A stretch of 64,000 nt of DNA, from positions 1,536,001-1,600,000 of the forward strand of contig OY970192.1 of assembly GCA_963708135.1 (NCBI GenBank), in the 5' to 3' direction. Positions 36,996-47,219 of the stretch are shown here, one piece after another. A model generated the notes under the pieces. It was not told the origin of the DNA. It saw only the letters and a program-made list of their open reading frames with translations, and did not search any database. Within the stretch, counting starts at the first letter, position 1. The number at the start of each line of letters is the position of its first letter. Both the position numbers and the translations under genes were made by a program. This DNA is from an uncultured Gemmatimonadales bacterium (GTDB taxonomy: Bacteria > Gemmatimonadota > Gemmatimonadetes > Longimicrobiales > RSA9).

Positions 36996-39437
36996 TTAGA
37001 AGCCGGCGCCGAACTTGAAGTGCAGTTGCCAGCCCGGCCGATCCTTGTCGAAGCCGTACGCGTAGTCGAGCCCGAGCGGCCCGAAGGGCGTGACCAGGGT
37101 GACGCCCAGCCCGGCGCCGCGCAGGAGCCGCGTCGGGTTGATGTCGCTCGCCTTCTCCCAGATGTTGCCCGCGTCGTAGAAGAGCGAGAGGGAGAGGTTG
37201 TCGTTGACGCGCGCCGCGTACTCCGCGCTGATCTTCATGTACGCGTTCCCGATGCGGTTCTGCAGCGGGAAGTTGGTCACGCCGCGCGGTACATACCCGA
37301 ATGGGGTGACGGTGGTTTCGTCGTAGCCGCGCAGCGACTCGCCGAACTGGACCCCGCCCATGAAGAAGCGCTCGAAGGGGAAGCCGGCGGCGCCTCCGGT
37401 GATGGATCCGGCGGAGGCGGTCAGCCCGAGGGTGAAGCGGATCGGGCGGCCGCCCGGCGCGCTGCCGCCGAGCTGGCCGACGGGCACGTACCAGCTGCCG
37501 GACGCGGTGTACTTCTGGAACTGCGCGTTGCCCTGGAGCGGCCCGCCGTTGAAGTCCGCCTGGAGCTCCTGCCTGGAGCCGACGGTCGGGAAGGTGGGGC
37601 TGTCCAGCGTGTTTCGCACCAGATCGACCGTGAAGGTGCTCTGCATCCCGGGCGGCAGGCCGAAGATCGAGGACGCCTCGTTCGCGCTGCTGAACTCCTG
37701 GTAGGTCGTGCGGGCGAGCGAGTAGCCCAGGAAGATGCGCGTGCGGCCGGAGCGGTCGCCGGGGAGCGGCAAGCCGAAGCGGAGCGAGGCGCCGGTGCGC
37801 CGGCGCTGGCCCTCGGAGAACTGGATGAAGCGGTCGCGCGAGCTGAAGAGGGAGAGCGAGCCGCTGATCAGGGAGCCCTTGATCCCCGGGTCACTGTAGC
37901 TGGCCTCGAGGTTGTTCGAGTACTGCCCGAACTCCCAGCGCAGATGACCCGCCTTCGCCTGCCCGAAGAGATTGGGCTGATCGTAGCCCAGGAACCCAGC
38001 CACGCCCGTCCCGCCGCCCAGCGCCGTGCCGAAGTTGATCGAGCCGGTCTGCTTCTCCTTGACCTGGAACGTGATGTTGACGTCGCCGTTGTCGGTCGGC
38101 TCGATCTTCGGGGCGGGCGCCGGCGTCTCGAAGAAGCCCAGCGCCATGATGTTGCGGTAGCTCTGGATGAGCAGGTCCTCGTTGTAGACGTCGCCCGGAA
38201 GGAGCAGGACCTGTTCGCGGATGACGCGCTCGTGCGTGAAGGTGTTGCCCACGATCGTCACGCGGTTGACGTAGGCGGGCTCGCCTTCCTGGATCTGCCA
38301 GGCGACGTCCACCGTGTGCTTCGCCGCGTCGCGGTCGATCACCGGCTCCACCTGCGCGTACAGGTAGCCGTTGTTGTTATAGAGCTGCCTGAGCTTGTCC
38401 GTCGCCTGGGTGAAGGCGGCCTCGTCGAACACCGGCTCCTGGCCGGCGTTCCCGCTCAGCAGCCCACCCTGGGCCGGCTCGAAGTAGCGCTTCAGCTCCT
38501 CGGAGGAGAAGTGGTGGTTGCCGCGCACGTCGAAGGAGGCCATCCGGTACTGCGGCCCCTCGTCCACGCGAATCACCAGGCGCGCCTTGCCCGTGTGCGG
38601 GTCCACCACCAGCGTGTCACCCGTCACCCTGGCATCGATGTAGCCGTGGCTGCCGTAGAACGCCGGCAGGTTCACCTGCATGTCCTTGCGGACCTGGTCC
38701 TGCTCGTAGGTGCCCGTGCGGAACCAGAGGAACCCTTCCTGCTTGGTGTCCAGCGCGCCGCGCAACTGGTCGTCGGTGAAGACCTTGTTGCCATCGAAGG
38801 AGATCTGCGCGACGGAGACCCGGTTCCCCTCCTGTACGTCGAAGACGAGCCGGTATTCGCCCGGGTGACCCTGGAGCGGGACCATCTTGGACTCGATGTC
38901 GCGGACCTGGAAGCCCTTGTCCGCGAGCAGCTTGCGTGTCCTCGCCACGGCTTCTGCGACCTTCTCGGGATCGTACGGCTGGCCCGATTTCAGACCCACC
39001 GTGTCAGTGATCGCCCCCTGCCCCACGTGCTGCAGCCCCTGGAACTGGACCTGGGCCACGAAGGGTTGCTCGGTCACGCTCACCACCAGCACGGCCCCAG
39101 TCGCGGGCGCACCCTCCGCGTAGACCTTCACGTCCTTGAACTGGCCCGACGCGTAGAGCCGTCTCACGCCGCGCTGGACGTCGCGGAAGGTGATCGTGTC
39201 GCCGGCGCGGACGCCGAAGAGCGCCTTGACCTGGTCCGGCTTCTCGCGGACAGCGCCTTCGACGTGGACGCTGTCGATCGCCAGACGCCCGGCCACCTGC
39301 TGCGGGCCAGGCTGCTGCTGTGCGGCCGCCGGCGTCGCGGCGGCCAGGCAAAGCGCGAAGAGGGCCGCCGCTCTGGCGGCGGCCCTCGGGATGGTCGCGA
39401 CGCCCCCTGGAACCGACTGTTGCGAAAAACAGCTCAT
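36996..39437 (-). CDS. bamA: Outer membrane protein assembly factor BamA
   Basis: POTRA repeats (GN..T...VIRE), NLFG, LRGY, TPFGPLGLDYAYG, terminal Phe. Confidence 0.96.
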   Translation of the reverse strand: MSCFSQQSVPGGVATIPRAAARAAALFALCLAAATPAAAQQQPGPQQVAGRLAIDSVHVEGAVREKPDQVKALFGVRAGDTITFRDVQRGVRRLYASGQFKDVKVYAEGAPATGAVLVVSVTEQPFVAQVQFQGLQHVGQGAITDTVGLKSGQPYDPEKVAEAVARTRKLLADKGFQVRDIESKMVPLQGHPGEYRLVFDVQEGNRVSVAQISFDGNKVFTDDQLRGALDTKQEGFLWFRTGTYEQDQVRKDMQVNLPAFYGSHGYIDARVTGDTLVVDPHTGKARLVIRVDEGPQYRMASFDVRGNHHFSSEELKRYFEPAQGGLLSGNAGQEPVFDEAAFTQATDKLRQLYNNNGYLYAQVEPVIDRDAAKHTVDVAWQIQEGEPAYVNRVTIVGNTFTHERVIREQVLLLPGDVYNEDLLIQSYRNIMALGFFETPAPAPKIEPTDNGDVNITFQVKEKQTGSINFGTALGGGTGVAGFLGYDQPNLFGQAKAGHLRWEFGQYSNNLEASYSDPGIKGSLISGSLSLFSSRDRFIQFSEGQRRRTGASLRFGLPLPGDRSGRTRIFLGYSLARTTYQEFSSANEASSIFGLPPGMQSTFTVDLVRNTLDSPTFPTVGSRQELQADFNGGPLQGNAQFQKYTASGSWYVPVGQLGGSAPGGRPIRFTLGLTASAGSITGGAAGFPFERFFMGGVQFGESLRGYDETTVTPFGYVPRGVTNFPLQNRIGNAYMKISAEYAARVNDNLSLSLFYDAGNIWEKASDINPTRLLRGAGLGVTLVTPFGPLGLDYAYGFDKDRPGWQLHFKFGAGF

Positions 39438-41908
39438 GTCTTCGTGGACGAGAGTACCCTGAACTCGAGCGCCTCCCCTTCGGGAGCAACGTCGACCTCG
39501 ATCTCCTCGCCGGCGGAGAGCTCCGTGCTCAGGATCTTCTCCGACAGCGGGTCCTCCATGAAGCGCTGGATGGCGCGCCGCAGCGGGCGAGCTCCGAACT
39601 TCTCGTCGTAGCCGTGATCCACCAGGAACAAGATCGCGGGGTCCGTCATCCGGATCTTGATCCCCTCCTCGGCCAGGCGGTCGCGCACCTCGCGCAGCAT
39701 GATGTGCACGATCTGCCCGATCTGCTCGCGGTCGAGCGGGTGGAAGACGATGATGTCATCGACCCGGTTCAGGAACTCGGGGTTGAACGCCCGCTCGATC
39801 TCATCCTTCACGCGCGTGCGCATCGTCTCGTACTGCGTGGCGCCATCCTGCGGGTGGAAGCCGAGCGCCTTCCCCTTGGTGATGTCGCGCGCCCCGAGGT
39901 TCGACGTCATGATCAGCACGGTGTTCTTGAAGTCGATCACGCGACCGTAGTTGTCCGTGAGCCGCCCCTCATCGAGCACCTGGAGCAGGATGTTGAACAC
40001 GTCCGGGTGCGCCTTCTCGATCTCGTCGAGCAGGATCACCGAGTACGGCCGGCGGCGCACGGCTTTCGTGAGCGTCCCCGAATCCTCGTAGCCCACGTAG
40101 CCGGGAGGCGCGCCGATCAGGCGGGACACGGAGAACTTCTCCATGTACTCGCTCATGTCCACGCGGATGAGGGCATCCCGGTCGGCGAAGAGGAACTCCG
40201 CCAGCGCACGCGCGAGCTCCGTCTTCCCCACGCCGGTGGGACCGCTGAAGATGAAGCTGCCGATCGGCCGGCTCGGGTTCTTCAGCCCGGCGCGGCTGCG
40301 GCGGATCGCCCGGCTGATGGCGCGGATCGCCTCGTCCTGCCCGACCACGCGCTCGTGCAGCTCCTCCTCCATCCGCACGAGCCGCTCCGTCTCCGCCTCC
40401 TGCAGCCGGGTGACGGGGATCCCCGTCCAGCGGCTCACGATGAAGGCGACCTCCTCCTCGCCGATCTCGGGCCGGTGCGTGCGACGTTCCTGCTCCCACT
40501 CCTCCTGCTTGGCGCGGATGTCGGCCTGGAGCTCGCGCTCCCGGTCCCGCAGATCGGCCGCGCGCTCGAAGTCCTGATCGCGGATCGACTCGTCCTTCTT
40601 CGCCGCGAGCGCCTCCAGGTCGTCCTTCAGCGCGGCCACCTCCGGCGGCGGCACCTGCGTGGCGAGGCGCGCCCGCGCGCCGGCCTCGTCGATCACGTCG
40701 ATCGCCTTGTCCGGCAGGAAGCGGTCGGTGATGTAGCGCTCCGAGAGGCGGGCCGCCGAGCCGAGCGTGTCGTCGGGGATGACGACCTTGTGGTGGTCCT
40801 CGTAGTGCTTCTTCAGCCCCTTCAGGATCTCGATCGTCTCGTCGATCGTGGGCGGGTCGATCACGATCGGCTGGAAGCGCCGCTCGAGCGCGCCGTCCTT
40901 CTCGATGTATTTGCGGTACTCGTTCAGCGTGGAAGCGCCCACGCACTGAAGCTCGCCGCGCGCAAGCGCGGGCTTCAGCATGTTCGAGGCGTCGATGGCG
41001 CCTTCGGCCGCGCCCGCGCCGACCAGCGTGTGCAGCTCGTCGATGAAGAGGATGATGTTCTTGTTCTGCGCGATCTCGTTCATGATCGCCTTCAGCCGCT
41101 CCTCGAACTGCCCGCGGTACTTCGTGCCGGCGATCACGGCCGCCATGTCGAGCGCGAGGACGCGGTGGTCCTTCAGGCTGTCCGCCACCTCGCCCTTCGC
41201 GATCAGCTGGGCCAGCCCTTCCACGATGGCGGTCTTGCCGACGCCCGGCTCCCCGATCAGCACCGGGTTGTTCTTCTTGCGGCGCGACAGCACCTCCATG
41301 ACGCGCTCGATCTCGTCCCCTCGCCCGATGGTCGGGTCCAGCTTGTTCTCGCGCGCGAGGTCGGTCAGATCGCGGCAGAAGTGGTCAAGCGCCGGGGTCT
41401 TCGACTTCTTCTCCCCCTTCGGCGTCGCCATGCCCCCGCCCCCGCCGCCGGTCGGCTGCGACGGGTTCACGTCGCTGCCGAGCAGCTTCAGGGTCTCGGC
41501 CCGAGCCTCCTCGAGCGAGACCCCTAGCGAGTTCAGCACCTGCGCCGCGATTCCCTTCTCCTCGCGCAGCAGGCCCAGCAGCAGGTGCTCGGTGCCGACG
41601 TAGGAGTGGTTGAGCTCGCGCGCCTCGGCCATGGCGTATTCCAGCACCTTCTTGGCGCGCGAGGTGTAGGGCAGCTCGCCCAGGGCGATCGTCGCCTTCC
41701 CCTTGCGCACCGACTCCTCGATCCGCTCGTGGACCTGCTCCAGGTCCACGTTCAGGTTCATCAGCACGGTCGCGGCCATGCCTTCACCTTCGCGGATCAG
41801 GCCGAGGAGTATGTGCTCCGTCCCGACATAGTCATGCTGCAAGCGGATGGCTTCTTCCCTTGCCATGGCAAGGACCTTCCGAACCCGATCCGTGAAATTG
41901 TAGTTCAT
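39434..41908 (-). CDS. clpC: ATP-dependent Clp protease ATP-binding subunit ClpC
   Basis: Clp-N repeats, [11 protein letters not shown] middle domain, GPTGVGKTE, ClpP-binding LGF loop. Confidence 0.96.
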   Translation of the reverse strand: MNYNFTDRVRKVLAMAREEAIRLQHDYVGTEHILLGLIREGEGMAATVLMNLNVDLEQVHERIEESVRKGKATIALGELPYTSRAKKVLEYAMAEARELNHSYVGTEHLLLGLLREEKGIAAQVLNSLGVSLEEARAETLKLLGSDVNPSQPTGGGGGGMATPKGEKKSKTPALDHFCRDLTDLARENKLDPTIGRGDEIERVMEVLSRRKKNNPVLIGEPGVGKTAIVEGLAQLIAKGEVADSLKDHRVLALDMAAVIAGTKYRGQFEERLKAIMNEIAQNKNIILFIDELHTLVGAGAAEGAIDASNMLKPALARGELQCVGASTLNEYRKYIEKDGALERRFQPIVIDPPTIDETIEILKGLKKHYEDHHKVVIPDDTLGSAARLSERYITDRFLPDKAIDVIDEAGARARLATQVPPPEVAALKDDLEALAAKKDESIRDQDFERAADLRDRERELQADIRAKQEEWEQERRTHRPEIGEEEVAFIVSRWTGIPVTRLQEAETERLVRMEEELHERVVGQDEAIRAISRAIRRSRAGLKNPSRPIGSFIFSGPTGVGKTELARALAEFLFADRDALIRVDMSEYMEKFSVSRLIGAPPGYVGYEDSGTLTKAVRRRPYSVILLDEIEKAHPDVFNILLQVLDEGRLTDNYGRVIDFKNTVLIMTSNLGARDITKGKALGFHPQDGATQYETMRTRVKDEIERAFNPEFLNRVDDIIVFHPLDREQIGQIVHIMLREVRDRLAEEGIKIRMTDPAILFLVDHGYDEKFGARPLRRAIQRFMEDPLSEKILSTELSAGEEIEVDVAPEGEALEFRVLSSTKT

Positions 41909-41956
41909 GGAATTCCTCGTCGCCGGAGACCGTTCATTCTGTCCAACGCACGCTGA

Positions 41957-43072
41957 TCACGCCCCGGGCTCGCCGCCGGTCGGCTCGCTGTCGCCGGACA
42001 GCGGGCCTTCGGTGGCGAGGATGCGCCGGACGTAGGTTGCGCGATGCAAATCGCTCTCCGCGTCGGAGAGAGAGCGTCCGGCGGCCTGCTCGAGATGAGC
42101 GGCCTGGGTGAAAACCATGATTTTGTTCAGCGTGTATACACGAAGCCCGTCGAGAATGTTCATGCTGACGCCCATGCGGACGCCGCTCAGCAGGTTCATC
42201 ACTTCCTCGAAGGAGAGCGAGCGAGCATAACGCAGCAGGCCGTAGGCGCGCCAGATCTTGTCCTCCATGACGGCGGGCGCGTCGCGGCGCAGCACCTCGC
42301 GCGCCTGCATCTCGTACTGGATCACCTGGCCGACGATCTTCTGCAGGTGGTCGACCAGGTCCTCTTCGCTCTTGCCGAGCGTCGTCTGGTTCGAGACCTG
42401 GAAGAAGTTGCCCACGACCTCGGAGCCCTCTCCGTAAAGGCCGCGGAAGGTCAGCCCGACCTGGCCGATCCCCTGCAGCACCTTCCCGATCTCCTTCGTC
42501 AGCACGAGCCCCGGCAGGTGGATCAGGATGGAAGCCCGCAGGCCCGTACCGACGTTGGTCGGGCAGCTCGTCAGATAGCCGAACTCCGGGTGGTAGGCCA
42601 TCGGCAGCTCGGCGCCGAGCTCCTCGTCCACGCGGTCCACCACGCGGTAGGCCTCCTGCAGCTGGAGCCCGGACAGGAAGCACTGCAGGCGCAGGTGATC
42701 CTCCTCGTTCACCATCACGCCCACGTCCTCGCGCGGGCCCATGATGAGCCCCGAGCCATGCGGCGGCCCCTCACCGTTCCCGGCCAGCTCGCGCGAGATG
42801 AGGTGGCGCTCGAGCAGGACCTGACGCGAGAGCCGGGTCAGCTCCGACAGCTCGAGGGCGAGCCCGCCGCGCAGCACCTCCGAGTGCTGGATCGCCTGGC
42901 GAACGTTCTCGAAGACCTGCGCCCGCTCCTCCTCCCGGCTGCGCAGCGGGTAGCTGTGGCCCTGGAGGTTGCGCGCGAGTCGGACCCGGGTGGAAAGCAC
43001 CACGTCGGCGTACGGCCCGCGATCCTCGAGCCAGCCGAGGCCGAAATCCGGGTAGGTCGTGAAGTCCCCCAT
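41957..43072 (-). CDS. mcsB: Protein arginine kinase McsB
   Basis: STRVRLARN, NEEDHLR, GYLTSCPTNVGTG, RGLYGEG, QVSNQTTLG. Confidence 0.95.
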   Translation of the reverse strand: MGDFTTYPDFGLGWLEDRGPYADVVLSTRVRLARNLQGHSYPLRSREEERAQVFENVRQAIQHSEVLRGGLALELSELTRLSRQVLLERHLISRELAGNGEGPPHGSGLIMGPREDVGVMVNEEDHLRLQCFLSGLQLQEAYRVVDRVDEELGAELPMAYHPEFGYLTSCPTNVGTGLRASILIHLPGLVLTKEIGKVLQGIGQVGLTFRGLYGEGSEVVGNFFQVSNQTTLGKSEEDLVDHLQKIVGQVIQYEMQAREVLRRDAPAVMEDKIWRAYGLLRYARSLSFEEVMNLLSGVRMGVSMNILDGLRVYTLNKIMVFTQAAHLEQAAGRSLSDAESDLHRATYVRRILATEGPLSGDSEPTGGEPGA

Positions 43073-43566
43073 CACAGCGCCGCCTCGAGGTCGCGGATCA
43101 GGTCGCGCAGCTCGGCGGCGCGCTCGAAGTCCTCGCTCGACACCGCCCGATCCAGCTTGCGCTTGAGGCCGGCGAGCCGCTCGGCCTGCTCGGCCTTCGT
43201 CGGGTCGGGGGGCAGGTAGACCTTGCCCAGGTGCTGCGTGCCCCCGTGCAGCCGGCGAAGCAGGCCGCGCAGGTTCGGCTCGAAGGTCACGTAGCAGTGC
43301 GAGCAGCCCAGCCGGCCCGTCTTCTTGAAGTCCTCCAGCCGCATGCCGCAGTACGCGCACGGGCCGGCAGTCGCGGCTTCGACGCCGCCGGACTTGCCCA
43401 TCTGCGAAAGGAAGTCGGTGAGCGGGAAGTTCCCCACGTTGACACCGGGCTGCAGCCCCTTCTCCGCCGCGCAGGACTCGCACAGATGAAAGGTGCTCAT
43501 CTGGTTGTCCACGATCTGCGTCAGGTGGATGATCGCCTCGTTCTCACCGCAATGGTCGCACAGCAT
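43072..43566 (-). CDS. mcsA: McsB activator McsA
   Basis: Four CxxC pairs, GRLGC..CY, C-terminal UVR domain EDFERAAELRD. Confidence 0.93.
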   Translation of the reverse strand: MLCDHCGENEAIIHLTQIVDNQMSTFHLCESCAAEKGLQPGVNVGNFPLTDFLSQMGKSGGVEAATAGPCAYCGMRLEDFKKTGRLGCSHCYVTFEPNLRGLLRRLHGGTQHLGKVYLPPDPTKAEQAERLAGLKRKLDRAVSSEDFERAAELRDLIRDLEAAL

Positions 43567-43571
43567 GTTGC

Positions 43572-44378
43572 TCAGGCCGGGTAAAAGCTGCGGAGCTGGC
43601 CGTCCTTGACCAGCAGAATGCGGTCGGCGCGGTCCGCCAGCTCCCTGTTGTGCGTCGCCAGTACCATGGCAACGCCGTGTTCCGCACGCAACCGGAAGAA
43701 GAGGTCGTGCAGCTGCTCGCTCGTGTGGGTGTCGAGGTTGCCGCTCGGCTCGTCCGCCAGCAGCAGGGCCGGCCGGTTGACCAGAGCCCGGGCCACCGCC
43801 ACCCTTTGCTGCTCGCCGCCGCTGAGCTCCGACGGCCGGTGCGAGGCGCGGGGCGCCAGGCCGACCTCGTGGAGCAACTCCCGGGCCCGCGCCTCGGCGG
43901 ATGCCTCGGCGGTCCCCGCGATCAGCAGCGGCATCATCACGTTCTCAAGCGCGGAGAACTCCCGCAGCAGGTGGTGGAACTGAAAGACGAACCCGATCCG
44001 GCGGTTGCGCACCCCCGCCAGCTCCCGGTCGGGCAGCGCCGCCAGGTCCTGCCCCTCCAGCAGCACCTGCCCGGAGGTGGGGCGGTCGAGCCCGCCCAGC
44101 AGGTGGAGAAGGGTTGACTTGCCCGCCCCGCTGGCTCCGATCACGGCGACCGCCTCTCCTCTCGCGACGCGGATCTCTACCCCGTCCAGTACGGTGAGTT
44201 CGCTGCCGTCCTCCTCCACGTACGTCTTGCGGAGCGCCAGCCCCTCGAGGGCTGCGGGCCCATCCACGGAACGCGCGGCGGACGCCGGATCGGACGGCAG
44301 CGCCGTCGCGTCCGGCGCCGGTGCGGCCGGGACGGCCGGGGCGGCGGACTCGTTCAGCGCGCGCGGCTGCTCACTCAT
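43572..44378 (-). CDS. lolD: Lipoprotein-releasing ABC ATPase
   Basis: GASGAGKS, IGFVFQFHHLL, LSGGEQQR, ADEPSGNLD; downstream of lolC/E. Confidence 0.92.
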   Translation of the reverse strand: MSEQPRALNESAAPAVPAAPAPDATALPSDPASAARSVDGPAALEGLALRKTYVEEDGSELTVLDGVEIRVARGEAVAVIGASGAGKSTLLHLLGGLDRPTSGQVLLEGQDLAALPDRELAGVRNRRIGFVFQFHHLLREFSALENVMMPLLIAGTAEASAEARARELLHEVGLAPRASHRPSELSGGEQQRVAVARALVNRPALLLADEPSGNLDTHTSEQLHDLFFRLRAEHGVAMVLATHNRELADRADRILLVKDGQLRSFYPA

Positions 44379-45618
44379 GACGGATCGCCTCCACCGGCAG
44401 CAGGCGCGAGGCCTGGCGGGCCGGGTAGATGGTCGCCGCGAACGCGATCAGAATGCTCGTCGCGATGATCAGCAGCACGTCCGTCGCGTCCAGCGCAACG
44501 GGCAGGGTATCGATGAAATAGACGTCGCCCGGCAGCGAGATGAAATGGTAGCGCCCGAGCAGGCCCACGAGCGCGAGGCCGCCGAGGGTCCCGAGCACCG
44601 TGCCGACGACGCCGATCGCGAGGCCCTGCAGCATGAAGACCCGCAGCACCGTCGCGTCCGTCATCCCCATGGACTTGAGGATCCCGATCTCCTTCGTCTT
44701 GTCCGTCACCACCATGATGAGCTGCGTGATGATGTTGAACGCCGCGACGACGACGATCAGGAAGAGGATCACGCTCATTGCCATCTTCTCGAGCTTGAGC
44801 GCGGAGAAGAGGCTCTGGTTGAGGGTCATCCAGTCGCTGGTCCAGTAGGGGAAGCCGAGCGCGTTCGCGATGCGGTCGCCCACCTGCCGCGCCTCCCACG
44901 GATCCCTCACGTTGGCCGCGACGCCGCTCACGGTGTCCGGACCCACGCCGAGCAGGTCCTGCACCGCCGGGATCGTGGCGTACATGTTCTGCGTGTCGTA
45001 CTCGTACATCCCCGTGGTGAACAGGCCCGTCACCTCGAAGCGCCGCAGCCGTGGAACGATCTCCCCGTTCGGGCCGGTGCGGATGCTCTCGAAGGATGCC
45101 ACCGTGACGGTGTCGCCCGGAAGCACGCCGAGCTTGTCGGCCAGCTTACGGCCCATCAGCATGCCGGGCAGGCCGCCGGAGCTGGGGCGGAAGGCCAACT
45201 TCCCCGCCCGGATCTGCCGTTCGATCGTGGTCATGGGCACGCGCGCCGCCCGAGGGTCTATCCCGTAGAGCTGCCCCGGCTGGGAGTAGACGCCCCCCGG
45301 CGTGACCGCCACCTGCGTCATGAGGAACGGCTCCGCGGCAAGCACGCCCCGGGTGTCGGCGACCTGCTTCAGCACCGGCTTCCAGTTGCCCATCCGGAAG
45401 CCCTGCCCCTGCTCGAAGACGTACACGTGGGGGTTGCTGCCCAGGATCTTCTGCTGCAGGTCCCGCTGCAGCCCCGTCATGACCGCAATCACGGTAATGA
45501 GCGCCATGACGCCGAGCAGCACGCCTCCGGCAGCGATCAGCGTGATGAGCGAGAGGAAGCGGCCGCGGCGGCGGGAGGCTAGGTAGCGGCGGGCGAGGTA
45601 CCAGTCCAGCCTCCTCAA
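44371..45618 (-). CDS. lolC: Lipoprotein-releasing ABC permease LolC/E
   Basis: ARRYL, ALITVIAVMTG, VAAFNI, EIGILKSMG, YPARQAS..PVEAIR; TTG start. Confidence 0.9.
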   Translation of the reverse strand: MRRLDWYLARRYLASRRRGRFLSLITLIAAGGVLLGVMALITVIAVMTGLQRDLQQKILGSNPHVYVFEQGQGFRMGNWKPVLKQVADTRGVLAAEPFLMTQVAVTPGGVYSQPGQLYGIDPRAARVPMTTIERQIRAGKLAFRPSSGGLPGMLMGRKLADKLGVLPGDTVTVASFESIRTGPNGEIVPRLRRFEVTGLFTTGMYEYDTQNMYATIPAVQDLLGVGPDTVSGVAANVRDPWEARQVGDRIANALGFPYWTSDWMTLNQSLFSALKLEKMAMSVILFLIVVVAAFNIITQLIMVVTDKTKEIGILKSMGMTDATVLRVFMLQGLAIGVVGTVLGTLGGLALVGLLGRYHFISLPGDVYFIDTLPVALDATDVLLIIATSILIAFAATIYPARQASRLLPVEAIRHE

Positions 45619-45628
45619 GGATGCCCTC

Positions 45629-47209
45629 TCACTCCGGCCGCATGGCCGGAAACAGGATCACGTCCCGGATCGACGCCTGGTTCGCCAGCAGCATGACCAG
45701 CCGATCCACGCCAACGCCCACGCCGCCCGTGGGCGGCATGCCGTACTCCAGCGCCCGGATGTAGTCCTCGTCCAGCCCCTGCGCCTCCTCGTCACCCTGC
45801 TCGCGCAATCGGACCTGGGCCTCGAAGCGCTCGCGCTGGTCGAAGGGGTCGTTGAGCTCGCTGAAGGCGTTGGCCAGCTCGCGGCCGGCGATCATCAGCT
45901 CGAAGCGCTCCACCAGCGCCGGTTCCCCCCGCTTCGGCTTGGCCAGCGGCGAGAGCTCGCGCGGGTGGTCCAGCACGAAGACCGGCTGCGCCAGGTGCGG
46001 CTCGACCAGGTCCTTGAAGAGCTCGTCGATCAGCTTCGGGCGCGAGAGCGCGCCCACGTCCGCGACACCGAGCGAGGCGGCCGCCCCCCGGAGCGCCGCG
46101 TCGTCCAGCGCGGCCACGTCGAGCTCGCCGTACTCGCGCAGCGCGTCGAAGTAGCGCAGGCGGCGGAACGGCGGCGTGAAATCGAGCTCGAGGGGACCGT
46201 GATGGATGCGGTGCCCGCCGCCGGTCACCTCCTCCACCAGCGCCACGAACATCTCCTCGACGAGCCGCATCATCTCCTCGTAGTCCGCGAACGCCTGGTA
46301 GAACTCCAGCATCGTGAACTCGGGGAAATGGGTACGGTCGATGCCCTCGTTGCGGAAGTCCTTGCCGATCTCGTAGACGCGCTCGAGCCCGCCGACGATC
46401 AGCCGCTTCAGGTAGAGCTCGTCGGCGATCCGCAGGTAGAGCGGCATGTCCAGGGTGTGATGGTGAGTGACGAACGGTCGCGCGGACGCACCGCCGTAGA
46501 GCGGCTGCAGCACCGGCGTCTCCACCTCCAGGTAGCCGCGCGCGTCGAGGAAGCGGCGCAACGCCGAGACGACGCGGGACCGGAGCACGAAGACGTCGCG
46601 CACGTCGCGGTTGACCGCGAGGTCGGCATAGCGTTGGCGGTAGCGCTGCTCGGTGTCGGCGAAGCCGCCCCATACCCGCGTCTCGCCACGGGCACCTTCC
46701 CCGACCTTGCCGATCGGGAGCGGGCGCACCGACTTGGCGAGAAGCCTGAACTCCCGCACCTCAAGCGTCACCTCGCCGGCCCGCGTCCGGAACAGCGGCC
46801 CCTCGGCGCCGATCCAGTCGCCCGGGTCCAGCAGGCCGAGCAGCCCGAACGCGTCCTCGCCCAGGATCGACTTCTTGAAGTAGAGCTGGATGCCGCCGCT
46901 GGCGTCCTCCAGGTCGGCGAAGAGGGTCTTGCCGTGCGAGCGGAGCGAGACGAGCCGGCCGGCGAGACGGAACGTAGCCCCCGCCGGCGACGCTCCGGCC
47001 TCGACCTCCCCCGCCCTCTCCACCGATTCGAAGGCGGCGCGCGCCTGCGCGGCCGAGGCGGTCACGTCGTAGTTGTACGCGTACGGCTCGATGCCGCGCG
47101 CGCGGAGCGCGTCCAGCTTCGCGCGCCGGTCCTCCAGCGCCTGGCTGCGCCGCTCGCCTCGGGCCTCCGTCTCCCCTCCCGCGGCCTCGCCGCGCTCCAC
47201 CTCGCTCAT
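45629..47209 (-). CDS. lysS: Lysine-tRNA ligase (class II)
   Basis: RYRQRY, YGGASARPF, LRIADELYLKR, FRNEG, YGMPPTGG.G.DRL. Confidence 0.97.
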   Translation of the reverse strand: MSEVERGEAAGGETEARGERRSQALEDRRAKLDALRARGIEPYAYNYDVTASAAQARAAFESVERAGEVEAGASPAGATFRLAGRLVSLRSHGKTLFADLEDASGGIQLYFKKSILGEDAFGLLGLLDPGDWIGAEGPLFRTRAGEVTLEVREFRLLAKSVRPLPIGKVGEGARGETRVWGGFADTEQRYRQRYADLAVNRDVRDVFVLRSRVVSALRRFLDARGYLEVETPVLQPLYGGASARPFVTHHHTLDMPLYLRIADELYLKRLIVGGLERVYEIGKDFRNEGIDRTHFPEFTMLEFYQAFADYEEMMRLVEEMFVALVEEVTGGGHRIHHGPLELDFTPPFRRLRYFDALREYGELDVAALDDAALRGAAASLGVADVGALSRPKLIDELFKDLVEPHLAQPVFVLDHPRELSPLAKPKRGEPALVERFELMIAGRELANAFSELNDPFDQRERFEAQVRLREQGDEEAQGLDEDYIRALEYGMPPTGGVGVGVDRLVMLLANQASIRDVILFPAMRPE

Positions 47210-47219
47210 CCTCTCCCCG

